A stretch of 42,821 nt of DNA. Origin: Candidatus Vogelbacteria bacterium RIFOXYB1_FULL_42_16 (lineage in GTDB: Bacteria; Patescibacteriota; Minisyncoccia; Phycocordibacterales; XYD1-FULL-46-19). The notes under the pieces were generated by a model. It did no database searches. It saw only the letters and a list, made by a program, of their open reading frames with translations, and was not told the origin of the DNA. Position 1 is the first letter of the stretch, and every line of letters begins with the position of its first letter. The translations under genes were made by a program, and so were the position numbers. The stretch is from contig MHTH01000015.1 in assembly GCA_001823055.1 (NCBI GenBank), positions 1 to 42,821 of the forward strand, in the 5' to 3' direction. Below are positions 14,801-26,518 of this stretch, piece by piece.

Positions 14801-15493
14801 ATGATTACTTTTCATATCATTACTTTGTTTCCGGAAGCCACTCGCTCTTATCTCGACGAGTCGATTCTTGGCCGAGCCCAACGAGAGAAAAAAATCGCGA
14901 TTAAATATTACAATCCCCGCGATTTTACTTTGAATAAATTTCGCAATGTCGATGGTCGACCCTATGGCGGTGGCCCGGGTATGGTCTTGGCGATTGAACC
15001 GATTTTAAGTACCGTCAAAAAAATTAAATTAAAAAAAACTAGTAAGGCTAAGACAATTATTTTTACGCCCGGCGGTAAACAATTTGATAATAAAATAGCG
15101 AAAAACTATAGCCAAAAAATTACCGACCTAATTTTGATCTGTGGGCGCTATGAGGGGATTGATGCCCGAGTAAAAAAGATTTTGAAACTCGCCTTCGCTA
15201 CAGGCTCCGGCGAAGCGAGGGCCGAAGTAGAAGAAATATCGATTGGGCCGTTTGTGCTTTCTGGTGGGGAAGTGCCGGCCATGGTGGTGGTGGATGCGGT
15301 GGCGCGTCAGATCCCAGGTGTCCTTGGCAACGAAGCCTCGCCAGAAGAAAATCGGGTCTCTAGCCACGAAATGTATACTCGGCCGGAAACATTTGAACAT
15401 AACGGCAAAAAATACAAAGTGCCAAAAATTTTGATCTCTGGTCATCATGCCGAAATTGAGAAGTGGAAACTTAAAAAAAGTCCTAAAAAATAG
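14801..15493 (+). CDS. trmD: tRNA (guanine37-N1)-methyltransferase
   Basis: Motifs are ITLFPE, DGRPYGGGPGMVL, CGRYEGIDARV, SIGPFVLSGGEVPAMVVVDAVARQIPGVLGN and YTRP. Confidence 0.9.
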   Translation: MITFHIITLFPEATRSYLDESILGRAQREKKIAIKYYNPRDFTLNKFRNVDGRPYGGGPGMVLAIEPILSTVKKIKLKKTSKAKTIIFTPGGKQFDNKIAKNYSQKITDLILICGRYEGIDARVKKILKLAFATGSGEARAEVEEISIGPFVLSGGEVPAMVVVDAVARQIPGVLGNEASPEENRVSSHEMYTRPETFEHNGKKYKVPKILISGHHAEIEKWKLKKSPKK

Positions 15494-15531
15494 AGATACC
15501 AGACTTCATATTCAGGCAAGTGGATAAATAT

Positions 15532-15560
15532 TTGACATTACAAAAGCTTTAATATATATT
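15532..15560 (+). promoter_or_regulatory. promoter TTGACA-17-TATATT upstream of rpoB
   Basis: ttgaca is at 15532-15537 and tatatt at 15555-15560. The predicted 5' UTR of about 135 nt carries hairpins, including tcccgtaggggacgggggatttggttttt. Confidence 0.55.
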
Positions 15561-15702
15561 GTCTAAGCAAACAGGCAAGATTGAGTTACGGCAGATTATC
15601 TTGCTACTTCCATCTTTATTCAACATCTCCCGTAGGGGACGGGGGATTTGGTTTTTGTGCCCATTATTAAAAGGGGTATTTTATATATTAGGGGAAAAAT
15701 TA

Positions 15703-18700
15703 ATGCAACAAAAAACTTTTTCACGGCATCGGGAGCCGTTGGCCAAGTTGCCAAACTTGGTTCAGGTGCAGACAGATTCGTATCGGTGGTTGGTCGAAGA
15801 AGGTTTGAAAGAATTATTTAAAGAATTTTCTCCCATTCGTGATTATTCGGAGAAAAAGTTTGAGCTCGAGTTCACCAGTTTTCAACTCGATGAACCGAAG
15901 TTTGATGAGATTTATGTTAAGGACAATAAACTGACTTACGATGCCCCTTTGCGGGTGCGAGTGAAGTTAAAAAACAAGACTCTTAATTCTGAAAAAGAAC
16001 AAGAGTTATTTTTGGCGGATTTTCCGTTGATGACCTCGCACGGTACTTTTATCATCAATGGTATTGAACGAGTAGTGGTACCCCAACTGGCTCGGTCTTT
16101 TGGTGTGTTTTTCACCGCCAATGAATTGCGCGGACGTAAGTTTTTTGGCGCGAAAATTATGCCGGCGCGAGGCGCTTGGGTAGAATTGGAAACCGAAATC
16201 GACAATGTCATTTATGTTCGCATTGATCGCAAGCGTAAATTCCCCGTTACCGCCTTATTGCGGGTTTTTGCCAGTCAGGCTGGTAAAAATTTGAGCGAAG
16301 AAGAAATCATCTCTTTATTTGAAAAAAAGGGAATTGATTCTTCATTTATCAAAAAATCTTTAGCCAAAGATCACGCCAAAACTGTCGATGAAGCCTATCT
16401 AGAAATCTACAAACGTCTGCGCGATAGCGATTTGGCAACGGTGGCCAATGCTAAAGAATATATTGACGGTCTCTTTAGCCGAGAAAAATACGATTTGTCG
16501 GTCGTTGGCCGTTTCCGTTTCAATCAACGTTTTGGTTTTCCAATCAACGATCAGGAAAAAGAAAAACGCACTGCCAGTTTTGATGATTTGATTTTGATTA
16601 TCAACAATATCATCGCTCTCAACACCACCAAAAATGCCAAAGAAGATGATATTGACCACCTTGGTTTTCGCCGTGTCCGTTGTGTCGGTGAAATGTTACA
16701 GACCAAATTGAAAGTGGGTATGACTCAAATGAAGCGCAATATCCAAGATCGGATGTCGACGATTGATGTGGCGACGACTCTTCCAATTCAAATTATTAGT
16801 CCGCGACCGCTTCAAGCCCGCTTGAAAGAATTTTTTACCACCAACCAGCTGTCGCAGTTTATGAGCCAAGAAAATGTTTTGGCCGAAATCGAACACTTGC
16901 GCACTTTGTCGGCGCTTGGTCCGGGCGGGCTCACTCGTGAACGCGCCGGTTTGGAAGTGCGTGATGTGCACTCTAGTCACTATGGTCGGGTCTGTCCGAT
17001 TCACACTCCAGAAGGTCCAAACATCGGTTTGATTTTGCACTTGGCGGCTTATGCTCGGGTCAACGAATTTGGCGTGATCGAAGCGCCTTATCGTAAAGTG
17101 GAGAAAGGCCGAATTACTGACGAGCTGGTTTTTCTCAACGCTTTGGAAGAAGAAAATTTTATTATTGCTCACTCGGGTATTGAGTATGATGCCAAGGGTC
17201 AGATTGCTGATGAATATGTTGAAGTTCGTCGTCATACCCAACCGGGTTTAGCTCATCGTCATGAAGTCCAATATATCGATGTCGCTCCCAACGAAGCTTT
17301 CTCGATTGCCACTGCCATGATTCCGTTTTTGGAACACGACGATGCCAACCGCGCTTTGATGGGTTCCAACATGCAAAAACAGGCGGTACCTTGTGTTTTA
17401 CCAGAAGTGCCATTGGTCGCAACTGGAATGGAACACCAAGCGGCCCTAAGTTCCGGCCGTCTGATCTTGGCTCGCTCGGCGGGTACGGTTTCGGCGGTTG
17501 ATGGTCAATTTATTAAAATCAAAAAAGAGGATGGTAAAGAAGACGCTTACGAATTGTCGACTTTCAAAATGAGTAATGACTACACTTGTTTTCATCAACG
17601 ACCAGTAGTGATGATTGGTCAAAAAGTGAAGAAAGGTGATTTGTTGGCCGATGCCTCCTCGAGTGTTGATGGTCAAGTCGCTCTCGGTCAAAACGCCTTG
17701 GTCGCTTTTATGTCTTGGGGTGGTGCCAACTACGAAGACGCGATTATTTTGTCGGAACGATTGGTCAAAAACAGTAAGTTCACCAGTATTTATATTGAAG
17801 AATTTGAAATCAATGTTCGCGACACCAAACTTGGTCCGGAAGTAACCACTCATGATATTCCCAATGTCGGTGAAGCAAAACTGCGCAACTTGGACGAAGA
17901 CGGCATTATCCGCATTGGCGCCGAAGTCGAACCCAACGACATTTTGGTCGGAAAAATCACACCAAAAGGCGAAACCGAATTGACGCCGGAAGAACGCTTG
18001 CTCCGCTCGATCTTTGGCGAAAAAGCGCGCGATGTCAAAGATTCTTCTTTGCGGGTTCCTCATGGCAAAAAAGGCCGAGTGATTGGTGTCAAGATTTTTT
18101 CGCGCGAACATGGCGACAAATTAGAGTCCGGTATTTTGAAACGAGTTCATGTTCAAGTAGCGCAATTGCGTAATGTGTCAGTCGGTGACAAATTGGCTGG
18201 CCGTCACGGTAACAAAGGTGTTATTTCTCGAGTTCTGCCAGAAGAAGATATGCCCTATATGGCTGATGGCACGCCAGTGGATGTGATCTTGACTCCGTTG
18301 GGAGTGCCTAGTCGTATGAACTTGGGCCAAATTTTTGAAATGCACCTCGGTTTGGCGGCCCACACTTTGGGTTACCAAGCTATCACCCCGACTTTCATGG
18401 GAGTCACGGACAAAGAAATCAAAGCGGAATTAAAACAAGCCGGTTTCAATGAAAATGGCAAAGTCACATTGTACGATGGTCAAACCGGCGAAAAATTCTC
18501 CGATCAAATCGCTATCGGTTACATGTATATTCTCAAATTGGCGCACATGGTGGAAGACAAGGTCCACATGCGTTCTATCGGACCCTACTCGCTTATCACC
18601 CAACAACCACTTGGCGGTCGTTCTCAAGGTGGTGGTCAGCGCTTTGGAGAAATGGAAGTCTGGGCGCTCGAAGGTTACGGCGCGGCCTATTCTTTGCGTG

Positions 18701-18864
18701 AAATGTTGACTATCAAATCCGATGATATTTTGGGTCGCTCGCAAGCGTTTGATTCGATTGTCAAAGGCGAAGCCATCAAGGCACCAAATATCCCAGCTTC
18801 GTTCTCGGTCGCTTTGAACGAATTGCGCGGTTTAGGTTTGGATGTCGAACTTAAAAATATCTAA
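15703..18864 (+). CDS. rpoB: DNA-directed RNA polymerase subunit beta
   Basis: The ATG at 15703 gives MQQKTFSRHREPLAKLPNLVQVQTDSYRWL, a canonical RpoB N-terminus. Conserved blocks include GPGGLTRERAG, MGSNMQKQAVP, NYEDAI, GRHGNKGV and RFGEMEVWALEGYGAAY. Confidence 0.96.
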   Translation: MQQKTFSRHREPLAKLPNLVQVQTDSYRWLVEEGLKELFKEFSPIRDYSEKKFELEFTSFQLDEPKFDEIYVKDNKLTYDAPLRVRVKLKNKTLNSEKEQELFLADFPLMTSHGTFIINGIERVVVPQLARSFGVFFTANELRGRKFFGAKIMPARGAWVELETEIDNVIYVRIDRKRKFPVTALLRVFASQAGKNLSEEEIISLFEKKGIDSSFIKKSLAKDHAKTVDEAYLEIYKRLRDSDLATVANAKEYIDGLFSREKYDLSVVGRFRFNQRFGFPINDQEKEKRTASFDDLILIINNIIALNTTKNAKEDDIDHLGFRRVRCVGEMLQTKLKVGMTQMKRNIQDRMSTIDVATTLPIQIISPRPLQARLKEFFTTNQLSQFMSQENVLAEIEHLRTLSALGPGGLTRERAGLEVRDVHSSHYGRVCPIHTPEGPNIGLILHLAAYARVNEFGVIEAPYRKVEKGRITDELVFLNALEEENFIIAHSGIEYDAKGQIADEYVEVRRHTQPGLAHRHEVQYIDVAPNEAFSIATAMIPFLEHDDANRALMGSNMQKQAVPCVLPEVPLVATGMEHQAALSSGRLILARSAGTVSAVDGQFIKIKKEDGKEDAYELSTFKMSNDYTCFHQRPVVMIGQKVKKGDLLADASSSVDGQVALGQNALVAFMSWGGANYEDAIILSERLVKNSKFTSIYIEEFEINVRDTKLGPEVTTHDIPNVGEAKLRNLDEDGIIRIGAEVEPNDILVGKITPKGETELTPEERLLRSIFGEKARDVKDSSLRVPHGKKGRVIGVKIFSREHGDKLESGILKRVHVQVAQLRNVSVGDKLAGRHGNKGVISRVLPEEDMPYMADGTPVDVILTPLGVPSRMNLGQIFEMHLGLAAHTLGYQAITPTFMGVTDKEIKAELKQAGFNENGKVTLYDGQTGEKFSDQIAIGYMYILKLAHMVEDKVHMRSIGPYSLITQQPLGGRSQGGGQRFGEMEVWALEGYGAAYSLREMLTIKSDDILGRSQAFDSIVKGEAIKAPNIPASFSVALNELRGLGLDVELKNI

Positions 18865-18882
18865 TTAACGAGCATTAAAATC

Positions 18883-21800
18883 ATGGAAAACTCAAATAAA
18901 ACTTTTTTCTCGAATCAGGCTGGCGATGGGCAAGCTGATTTCAATGCCGTGACTTTGAAATTGGCTTCACCGGAAAGAATTGTCAGTTGGTCTTATGGTG
19001 AAGTCACCAAACCAGAAACGATCAATTATCGGAGTGGTCGTAGTGAACGAGGTGGTCTGTTCGATGAACGAATCTTTGGTCCGGAAAAGGATTATGAATG
19101 TTATTGTGGTAAATATAAGCGCATTCGTTATAAAGATATTATTTGCGAAAAATGTGGCGTCGAAGTCACTCGCAGTATTGTTCGTCGCGACCGCATGGGT
19201 CATATCGAATTGGCCAGTCCGGTCGCTCATATTTGGTTTTTGCGCAATATCCCGTCGCGGATGAGTCTATTGCTCGATTTACCGATGGGGGAACTGGAGC
19301 GAGTAATTTATTTTGCTGGCTATATCATCACCCATGTCAACGAGCAGGAAAAAGCCAAAGTCTTGCGCGATTTGGACGGTGAATACAAAACAAAATACAA
19401 AGTTTTGCCGGACGAGGAGAGTCGCGAGAAATTGAAAAATTCTCTCATGGAAGCCAAGCGCCAAATCGAAGGTCTGCGTGAATGGCAAGTTTTGGATGAA
19501 GTGACTTATCATCGTTTGTCTCTAAAATACAGCACCGTGTTCGAGGCTAGTATTGGCGCCGAAGCGGTCTATGATATTTTTCGTAAAATCAATCTGGAAG
19601 AATTGTTGGCGGAAATTTCCAATCGTTTAGACAAAGCCGGTTCTCTCGATCGAGTCAAATTACAAAAACGTTTCAATTTGGTCAAATCGATGATGCGTTC
19701 GACCGTGCGTCCGGAATGGATGTTTATGAAAATGATTCCGGTTATTCCGCCGGCTCTGCGACCGATGGTGGCACTCGATGGTGGTCGTCATGCCACTTCG
19801 GATGTCAACGATTTATATCGTCGGATTATCAATCGCAACAATCGATTAAAAAAACTGATCGAGCTCAACGCGCCGGAAGTTATTTTGCGTAATGAAAAGC
19901 GGATCTTGCAAGAAGCCGTTGATGCCTTGATCGACAACTCGATCCGTTCGGGTGGTGCTGGCGAAGGAGCGATGAATCAATCGCAACGTCGACCACTCAA
20001 ATCTCTGGCCGATTCTCTCCGAGGCAAGCAAGGTCGTTTTCGCCAAAACTTGCTCGGTAAGCGGGTTGACTACTCTGGACGATCGGTAATTGTCGTTGGT
20101 CCGGAATTGAAGATTAGCCAATGTGGTTTGCCTAAACATATGGCGTTGGAACTTTTCCGACCGTTTGTGATTTCTAAAATTTTGGAACGCGAATTGGCTT
20201 TCAATATTCGGGGTGCCGGTCGTCTGATCGATGAGGGCACGACCGAAGTTTGGGCGATCTTGGAAGAAGTGATCAAGGGTAAGTATGTTTTCTTGAACCG
20301 CGCGCCGTCTCTACACCGATTGAGCGTCCAAGCTTTTCAACCGGTGTTGATTGAAGGCAATGCGATTCAGCTTCATCCGTTGGTTTGCGCGCCGTTCAAT
20401 GCCGACTTCGATGGTGACCAAATGGCGGTGCACGTCCCTCTATCTGATATGGCTCAATGGGAAGCGAAAGAATTGATCGCTTCCAGTAAAAACCTACTGA
20501 AACCGGCTTCGGGCGATATTGTCGCCAACATGCGTATGGATATTGTGCTCGGCGCTTACTGGACCACGCAAATTGCCGAAGGTGAAAAAGGCGAAGGTAG
20601 TTTTTACTCTACGCCCAATGCCGCGATTATGGCTCATGATTTTGGCGAACTGTCTCTACGCGCCAAAATTACCGTGCTGGGTGGCAAGCCGGAAAAATAT
20701 GGTGAGTTTTCCGGTCAACGTTTTGAGACTTCAGTTGGTCGGATTCTTTTCAATATCAATTTGCCGTCTGATTTTTCTTTTGTGAACAAAGAAATTTCCG
20801 GCAAAGTGATGACCAAATTGATCGAAGATCTTACTGCTCGTTATGGCTTGTCTCGTCTGCCGGATATTTTGGACAACTTAAAAAAATTCGGTTTCAAATA
20901 TGCCACCAAATCTGGTATTACTTGGGGAATGGATGACGTCAATGTGCCGATTGAAAAAGAAGGCATTATTGTTTCGGCGCGACAAGAAGTGGCTCAAGTG
21001 GAAGATAAATTTCAAGATGGTTTGTTGTCAGAAAATGAACGTTATCGTTTGACCATTGAAATTTGGAATCGCGCCAAAAGCAAAATTGAAAAATTAATTC
21101 CCGGCACTCTTGATCCCAAAGGTCCGGTCGCGGTGATGTTAAATTCCAATGCTCGTGGTTCGATTAGTCAGATTTCTCAAATGGCCGGCATGAAAGGTTT
21201 AATTATCAACACGGCGGGGATGCTGGTGGACTATCCGGTGATTCCTTCTTATAAAGAAGGTTTGTCACCGATCGAATACTTTATTACGACTCACGGTTCA
21301 CGCAAAACTTTGGCGGATACGGCTTTGAATACCGCCAAGGCTGGTTATTTGACCAGAAAATTAGTGGATGTGTCGCAAGATGTGGTCATTCGCGAAGAAG
21401 ATTGTGGCGACAAAGAAGGCAAGACGATCAATTTGTCTTCGGTTACCGGCTTTAATACCGGTCTGGCAAATATCATCAAAGGACGTATCATTCTCAAAGA
21501 TATTATCGGGGCCGACGGCCAAGTCTTGTTTAAAAAAGGCCATTTGTTGACCTTGGCCGATGCTCGAGCGGTGGATACTGCCGGTGTCGGTTCGGTTGTT
21601 GTTCGCACGCCGTTGACTTGCAAGACGATCAAGGGTCTCTGTCAGAAATGTTATGGTCAAGATTTGGGCCGAGGTGATCTCGTTAAAATCGGCGAGCCGA
21701 TCGGGGTGGTCGCAGCTCAGGCTATCGGCGAGCCGGGCACGCAGTTGACGATGCGGACCAAACACTCGGGTGGTATCGGTACTGGTGGCGTTGACATTGT

Positions 21801-22557
21801 CGGTGGTCTACCGCGAGTCGAAGAAATTTTTGAGCGCCGTCAGCCTAAAAATCCGGCCTTGATTTCGGAAATCGATGGTGAAGTGTCGGAAATTAAAAAT
21901 GATGGCAAAGAACATCTCATCACTATTTTGGTTGATTTGGAAAGTCGCAAAAAATCCAGTAAATCAAATACCGTGGAATATTCCGTGCCTCAAAATCGCA
22001 CCCTCTATACTAAAAAAGGCGAACGGGTGACCAAGGGTCAAGTTTTGACTGATGGTGCGGTGGAGCTAACCTCACTCTTTAAATTGGCCGGTCGCAATGC
22101 CACCGAAGATTATGTCATGAAAGAAATTAACGCTATCTATGAGTTGCAGGGTGTCAATATTGCTCGCAAGCACGTGGAAATTATTGTTCGTCAGATGTTT
22201 TCTCGTCGGAAAATCAAGACGGCAGGTGATACCAAGTTTTCGGTCGGCGAAGTGGTAGAAGAAATCGAATTGTTTGAAGAAAATAATTTGATTCGAAGTC
22301 AAAGTCAAGAAGAAGCCATTGCCGATTCAGTTCTTCTCGGTATTTCCGATGTGGCTCTGTCGACCAGTAGTTTCTTGTCTGCGGTTTCTTTCCAGCACAC
22401 CAACAAGGTGTTGGTAGAGACAGCGCTCAAGGGTGGTTTGGATCGTTTGCGTGGTTTGAAAGAAAATGTCATCATTGGCCGTTTGATTCCGGCTGGTACT
22501 GGTTTGACGCCAAAGGCGGAGATGGAGGATAATGTGGCTGAAGCGCAAGAAGAATAA
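18883..22557 (+). CDS. rpoC: DNA-directed RNA polymerase subunit beta'
   Basis: It has the zinc-binding [23 protein letters not shown], the catalytic [12 protein letters not shown], and [24 protein letters not shown]. Confidence 0.96.
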   Translation: MENSNKTFFSNQAGDGQADFNAVTLKLASPERIVSWSYGEVTKPETINYRSGRSERGGLFDERIFGPEKDYECYCGKYKRIRYKDIICEKCGVEVTRSIVRRDRMGHIELASPVAHIWFLRNIPSRMSLLLDLPMGELERVIYFAGYIITHVNEQEKAKVLRDLDGEYKTKYKVLPDEESREKLKNSLMEAKRQIEGLREWQVLDEVTYHRLSLKYSTVFEASIGAEAVYDIFRKINLEELLAEISNRLDKAGSLDRVKLQKRFNLVKSMMRSTVRPEWMFMKMIPVIPPALRPMVALDGGRHATSDVNDLYRRIINRNNRLKKLIELNAPEVILRNEKRILQEAVDALIDNSIRSGGAGEGAMNQSQRRPLKSLADSLRGKQGRFRQNLLGKRVDYSGRSVIVVGPELKISQCGLPKHMALELFRPFVISKILERELAFNIRGAGRLIDEGTTEVWAILEEVIKGKYVFLNRAPSLHRLSVQAFQPVLIEGNAIQLHPLVCAPFNADFDGDQMAVHVPLSDMAQWEAKELIASSKNLLKPASGDIVANMRMDIVLGAYWTTQIAEGEKGEGSFYSTPNAAIMAHDFGELSLRAKITVLGGKPEKYGEFSGQRFETSVGRILFNINLPSDFSFVNKEISGKVMTKLIEDLTARYGLSRLPDILDNLKKFGFKYATKSGITWGMDDVNVPIEKEGIIVSARQEVAQVEDKFQDGLLSENERYRLTIEIWNRAKSKIEKLIPGTLDPKGPVAVMLNSNARGSISQISQMAGMKGLIINTAGMLVDYPVIPSYKEGLSPIEYFITTHGSRKTLADTALNTAKAGYLTRKLVDVSQDVVIREEDCGDKEGKTINLSSVTGFNTGLANIIKGRIILKDIIGADGQVLFKKGHLLTLADARAVDTAGVGSVVVRTPLTCKTIKGLCQKCYGQDLGRGDLVKIGEPIGVVAAQAIGEPGTQLTMRTKHSGGIGTGGVDIVGGLPRVEEIFERRQPKNPALISEIDGEVSEIKNDGKEHLITILVDLESRKKSSKSNTVEYSVPQNRTLYTKKGERVTKGQVLTDGAVELTSLFKLAGRNATEDYVMKEINAIYELQGVNIARKHVEIIVRQMFSRRKIKTAGDTKFSVGEVVEEIELFEENNLIRSQSQEEAIADSVLLGISDVALSTSSFLSAVSFQHTNKVLVETALKGGLDRLRGLKENVIIGRLIPAGTGLTPKAEMEDNVAEAQEE

Positions 22558-22563
22558 CAATTA

Positions 22564-24312
22564 ATGTCTTCGACGGTAGAACAAATCAAGGCCCGACTCT
22601 CAATAGATGACGTGGTCGGGTCTTACCTGAAGTTGGAAAAGGCGGGTCTCAATTTTCGAGCTCGATGTCCTTTTCATAACGAAAAAACCCCATCATTTTT
22701 TGTTTCGCCCAGTCGCCAAAGCTATCATTGCTTTGGTTGCAATAAAGGCGGTGATATTTTTACTTTCGTGCAAGATATCGAAGGAGTGGATTTTTTGGGC
22801 GCTTTAAAAATTTTAGCCGAACGGGCCGGTGTGGAAATTGTTAATGACCATCGTGATGGACCGCGACCGAATGAACGTTTGTTTCAGTTGATGGCTTTGG
22901 CCACCAAATTCTATCAAGAAGCTCTCGGCAAAAATCAGCCGGTGCTAGCCTACCTCGCTGATCGAGGAATTAAAACCGAAACACAAAAACATTTTCAGAT
23001 CGGTTTTGCTCCAGATGGTTGGCGTCAACTTCACGATTTTCTTCTTGGTCAGGGTTTTATTCTCAACGAAATGCTGGAGACGGGGATGGTGATCAAAGCT
23101 GAACGGACAACTGGCGTCAGGGGTGAAGTTTATTATGACCGTTTTCGTAGTCGAATTATGTTTCCGCTTAGCGATTCGGCGGGACGGATTGTCGGTTTTT
23201 CCGGTCGGATTTTTCCGGCTGGTCGGTCGGCTGAAGCGTCAGCTGGTCCGGAGGTAGCCAAATATGTTAACTCGCCCCAGACATTTTTGTTTGATAAATC
23301 CCGACTCTTGTTTGGTTACGATAAAGCCAAAGTAGAAATGCGTCGTCACGATTTTGCTATTTTAGTCGAAGGACAAGTAGATTTGATTATGTCTCATCAG
23401 GCCGGATTAGCCAATACCATTGCCGGATCGGGGACCGCTTTATCACCGGAACAAATTACTTTGATCGGACGGATGACTAAAAATTTGATTATGGCTTATG
23501 ATTACGATTTAGCTGGTCTCAAGGCCTCGCGTCGGGCGATTACTCTTGCCCAAGGGGCCGGTTTAAATGTGAAAATTGCCAAATTGCCGGCTGGTCAAGA
23601 TCCGGCCGAAGTTATCAAAAAAGATCCGCAAGACTGGCTGTCAGCGATCAAAAATTCTAAACATCATATCGATTTTTTGATCGACGCTCTGTTGGCCGAA
23701 GGCAAGACTGGTTTGGAATTATCGCGTCTGGTCAATGAAAATGTTTTACCGATTATCAAAGCTTTGGGTAAAAAAATGGAACAAGCCCACTTTGTCGCCA
23801 AGTTGTCGCAATTGTTGGGGATTGGCGAGGAAGCGATTTGGTCTGATTTGGCCAACTTGCGTTTAGAACCAGATTCGATCGTGACCAATCGTCCGCCCAC
23901 CGACCAAACTCTAGTTTCCGATACTCGTTCTAGTGCTATTTTGAACAAGATTTTTGGTTTGATTTTTTGGTTGGAATCTCTGCCGGAAAGAGCGGTTGAT
24001 CCCAACCAATTGATTGACCGGTTGAAAGAAATCATTGGCCCAGATTCGTATCAAGCCGAGAGGGAAGTGCGGATCAAAAAAGAAGGGGCGTTAGTAATGG
24101 AAGCCGAATTCTTTTTTCAGGGATCGGAAAAATTGCAAACCGAAATCCTCGAACTCTTTAATAATTTACATTTAGAAAATTTGCGCGAACAATTGCGAGA
24201 AGCGATGCAGGCGCTGAAAAAAGCCGAGGCGGTCGGTGACCAACTCGAGCTTGATAAATGGTTGAAAAAGTGCCAAGCTATAACTTTGGAATTAAATCAA
24301 TATAGAAAGTAA
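22564..24312 (+). CDS. dnaG: DNA primase
   Basis: It has the zinc ribbon [30 protein letters not shown] and TOPRIM elements ([18 protein letters not shown]). Confidence 0.92.
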   Translation: MSSTVEQIKARLSIDDVVGSYLKLEKAGLNFRARCPFHNEKTPSFFVSPSRQSYHCFGCNKGGDIFTFVQDIEGVDFLGALKILAERAGVEIVNDHRDGPRPNERLFQLMALATKFYQEALGKNQPVLAYLADRGIKTETQKHFQIGFAPDGWRQLHDFLLGQGFILNEMLETGMVIKAERTTGVRGEVYYDRFRSRIMFPLSDSAGRIVGFSGRIFPAGRSAEASAGPEVAKYVNSPQTFLFDKSRLLFGYDKAKVEMRRHDFAILVEGQVDLIMSHQAGLANTIAGSGTALSPEQITLIGRMTKNLIMAYDYDLAGLKASRRAITLAQGAGLNVKIAKLPAGQDPAEVIKKDPQDWLSAIKNSKHHIDFLIDALLAEGKTGLELSRLVNENVLPIIKALGKKMEQAHFVAKLSQLLGIGEEAIWSDLANLRLEPDSIVTNRPPTDQTLVSDTRSSAILNKIFGLIFWLESLPERAVDPNQLIDRLKEIIGPDSYQAEREVRIKKEGALVMEAEFFFQGSEKLQTEILELFNNLHLENLREQLREAMQALKKAEAVGDQLELDKWLKKCQAITLELNQYRK

Positions 24313-24323
24313 TTTTAAATAAC

Positions 24324-25622
24324 ATGATCAAGAAAAAAACTAGCAAAAAAGGTGGAAAAAAGACGGTGAAGGTTGTTAAAAAAATTGTTAAGAAAAAAGT
24401 GGTTAAAAAGTTATCGTTGAAAAAAACTAGCAAAAAAGTGGTGACGAAAAAAACCAAAAAATTGACCGCCAAAAAAGGGTTGGTTCGAGCTGGTAAAAAA
24501 ACATTGAAAAAAAGCGGTGGAATGCCGACAAAAATTTTTGGTCCAAAAAATAAAATGGAAATGGAGGAACGAGCCAAGATTTTGGTGATGCGTGGTCGGC
24601 AACGTGGTTTTATCACTTATTCCGAATTGTTGAAAGAGTTTCCCAGTGTGGAATCGGATCTGATTTTTTTAGAGGAACTCTATAATCGTTTTGATGAAGC
24701 TGGTGTTGATGTGTTGGAGGAAAGCAATTTGTTGGATGATTCTCTGGCGATTCCGGAAAAAGTTAAATTGGGTCGGGGTGAGACTGGTTCATCGCTCGAT
24801 TCAGTCCAAATGTATTTGAAGGAAATTGGTCGTCACAAATTGCTCAATGCGATGGAAGAGAAAGAATTGGCGCGGCGGATTTTGGCTGGTGATGAGGAGG
24901 CGCGTAAAGGTCTAGCCAATGCCAACTTGCGTTTGGTGGTGTCGATTGCTAAAAAATATGTTGGTCGCAGTTCCGAATTGACCCTCCTCGATCTGATTCA
25001 AGAGGGGAATATTGGTTTGTTTAAAGCGGTGGAAAAATTTGATTGGCGCAAGGGCTACAAGTTTTCCACTTACGCTACTTGGTGGATTCGTCAAGCGGTG
25101 ACGCGGGCTTTGGCCGACCAGTCGCGCACCATTCGGATCCCGGTTCACATGGTGGAAACGATTGCCAAATACAAACAAATCTATCGGCGCTTGTCACAAG
25201 ACTTGGGTCGTGAACCTCTGCCCCAAGAAATGGCAACGGAAATGGGGGTAGATTTAGAAAAAATTCACACCATTGAAAAAATCGATCAGAGCACGGCCAG
25301 TCTCGACAAACCCACCGATGACGATGATGACAAATCAACTCTCGGCGAATTTATTGCGGATGATAAAATTGCTCCGCCCGACCAGGAAGTGTCCCGCCGA
25401 ATTTTGCGGGATCAGATCGAAGAAATTTTGTCCGATCTGTCGGCTAAGGAACGGAAAATTTTAGAAATGCGTCATGGTTTGACCGATGGTGTTTTGCGGA
25501 CACTGGAAGAAGTCGGCAAGGAATTTGGTGTCACGCGTGAACGTATTCGCCAGATCGAAGCCAAAGCTCACGAGAAAATTCGCCAACATGACAAGGCGCG
25601 GAGATTGTTGGGGTACCAATAA
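24324..25622 (+). CDS. rpoD: RNA polymerase sigma-70 factor with lysine-rich N-terminal extension
   Basis: Region 2 is [39 protein letters not shown]. Region 4 is [23 protein letters not shown]. The N-terminal roughly 70 aa are K-rich repeats. Confidence 0.93.
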   Translation: MIKKKTSKKGGKKTVKVVKKIVKKKVVKKLSLKKTSKKVVTKKTKKLTAKKGLVRAGKKTLKKSGGMPTKIFGPKNKMEMEERAKILVMRGRQRGFITYSELLKEFPSVESDLIFLEELYNRFDEAGVDVLEESNLLDDSLAIPEKVKLGRGETGSSLDSVQMYLKEIGRHKLLNAMEEKELARRILAGDEEARKGLANANLRLVVSIAKKYVGRSSELTLLDLIQEGNIGLFKAVEKFDWRKGYKFSTYATWWIRQAVTRALADQSRTIRIPVHMVETIAKYKQIYRRLSQDLGREPLPQEMATEMGVDLEKIHTIEKIDQSTASLDKPTDDDDDKSTLGEFIADDKIAPPDQEVSRRILRDQIEEILSDLSAKERKILEMRHGLTDGVLRTLEEVGKEFGVTRERIRQIEAKAHEKIRQHDKARRLLGYQ

Positions 25623-25647
25623 TAAGTAGTAAGTAAAAAATCAAAAC

Positions 25648-25692
25648 TAAAAATCCCCCCAGCGCGTCTTCGGGCGCGCTGGGGGGATTTTT
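25648..25692. terminator. bidirectional rho-independent terminator
   Basis: aaaatccccccagcgcg ... cgcgctggggggatttt has A/T tracts on both sides. It sits between convergent rpoD and the dsbA-like gene. Confidence 0.85.
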
Positions 25693-25700
25693 ACTACTTA

Positions 25701-26411
25701 TTACTTCAATGCTTCGCTAACCACTTGCTTCAAATTTTCATAAGGCAGGGCACCTTTGAGGGCCGTGACTTTACCTTTGGTGTCAATGATGACTGGATAA
25801 GGCGTGCCTTGAGCGCCAGCCGAAATGGCTTCTTGAACCGCTTGTTCGATCTTGTCGGCATATTTGTTGCTGGCCAAACAAGCCTTGAAAGTTTTAGCAT
25901 CCAAACCGATTTGAGAAGCAAATTGAGGCAGGAGTGCTAGATCCAAACCGTTATTGGAAGGAGTTTCGGCGTAAACTTTATCCAAGTATTGCCAGAATTT
26001 TTCACTGCCACCCATTTCGGCGGCACATTCGGTGGCCATCGCTTCAGCGCGAGCTTTACTGTGGAGATTGTCGAGCGGGAAATGGCGATAAATGATCGCG
26101 ACTTTTTCTGGTCCGAAATCTTTAGCGACTTTCAACAGATCAAAATGAAAGCGTTTACAGAAAGGGCATTCCAAATCGGAATAGACAATAATTTTGACCG
26201 GCGCCTTGGCGCTACCCAAAATGTGATCTTGCTCCGATACTGGTCGGACATTGATCGCGCCACCTTGACTATTGTTTCCACCTAAACCCAAATTGACTTG
26301 ATTGATCGGCTGGTCGGAATTTTTATCAGCGAACAAAACCCCCGAACCAATCAACAGGACGACCGCGCCAATCACAATCCCGCCCCAAATTAATTGTTTA
26401 TTATTTTCCAT
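25701..26411 (-). CDS. DsbA-family thiol:disulfide oxidoreductase (membrane-anchored)
   Basis: It has an N-terminal TM helix, the CPFC active site within YSDLECPFCKRFH, and a thioredoxin-fold length. Confidence 0.8.
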   Translation of the reverse strand: MENNKQLIWGGIVIGAVVLLIGSGVLFADKNSDQPINQVNLGLGGNNSQGGAINVRPVSEQDHILGSAKAPVKIIVYSDLECPFCKRFHFDLLKVAKDFGPEKVAIIYRHFPLDNLHSKARAEAMATECAAEMGGSEKFWQYLDKVYAETPSNNGLDLALLPQFASQIGLDAKTFKACLASNKYADKIEQAVQEAISAGAQGTPYPVIIDTKGKVTALKGALPYENLKQVVSEALK

Positions 26412-26518
26412 GGTTTTTTAAAAAACTTTTAAACTTATGACTTGATAATTTTGCTATTATAAACCAAAAAAGACTTTTTTTCTTAAAAAAATCGTGTTGT
26501 AATTTAGATCGGTTGGCG

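Noticed and set aside
15559-15702. 48-codon N-terminal extension of rpoB from a TTG start in the ORF track
   Set aside because: The extension overlaps the predicted promoter and leader and has no RpoB similarity. The canonical RpoB N-terminus begins at the ATG at 15703, which is preceded by purine-rich aggggaaaaa.
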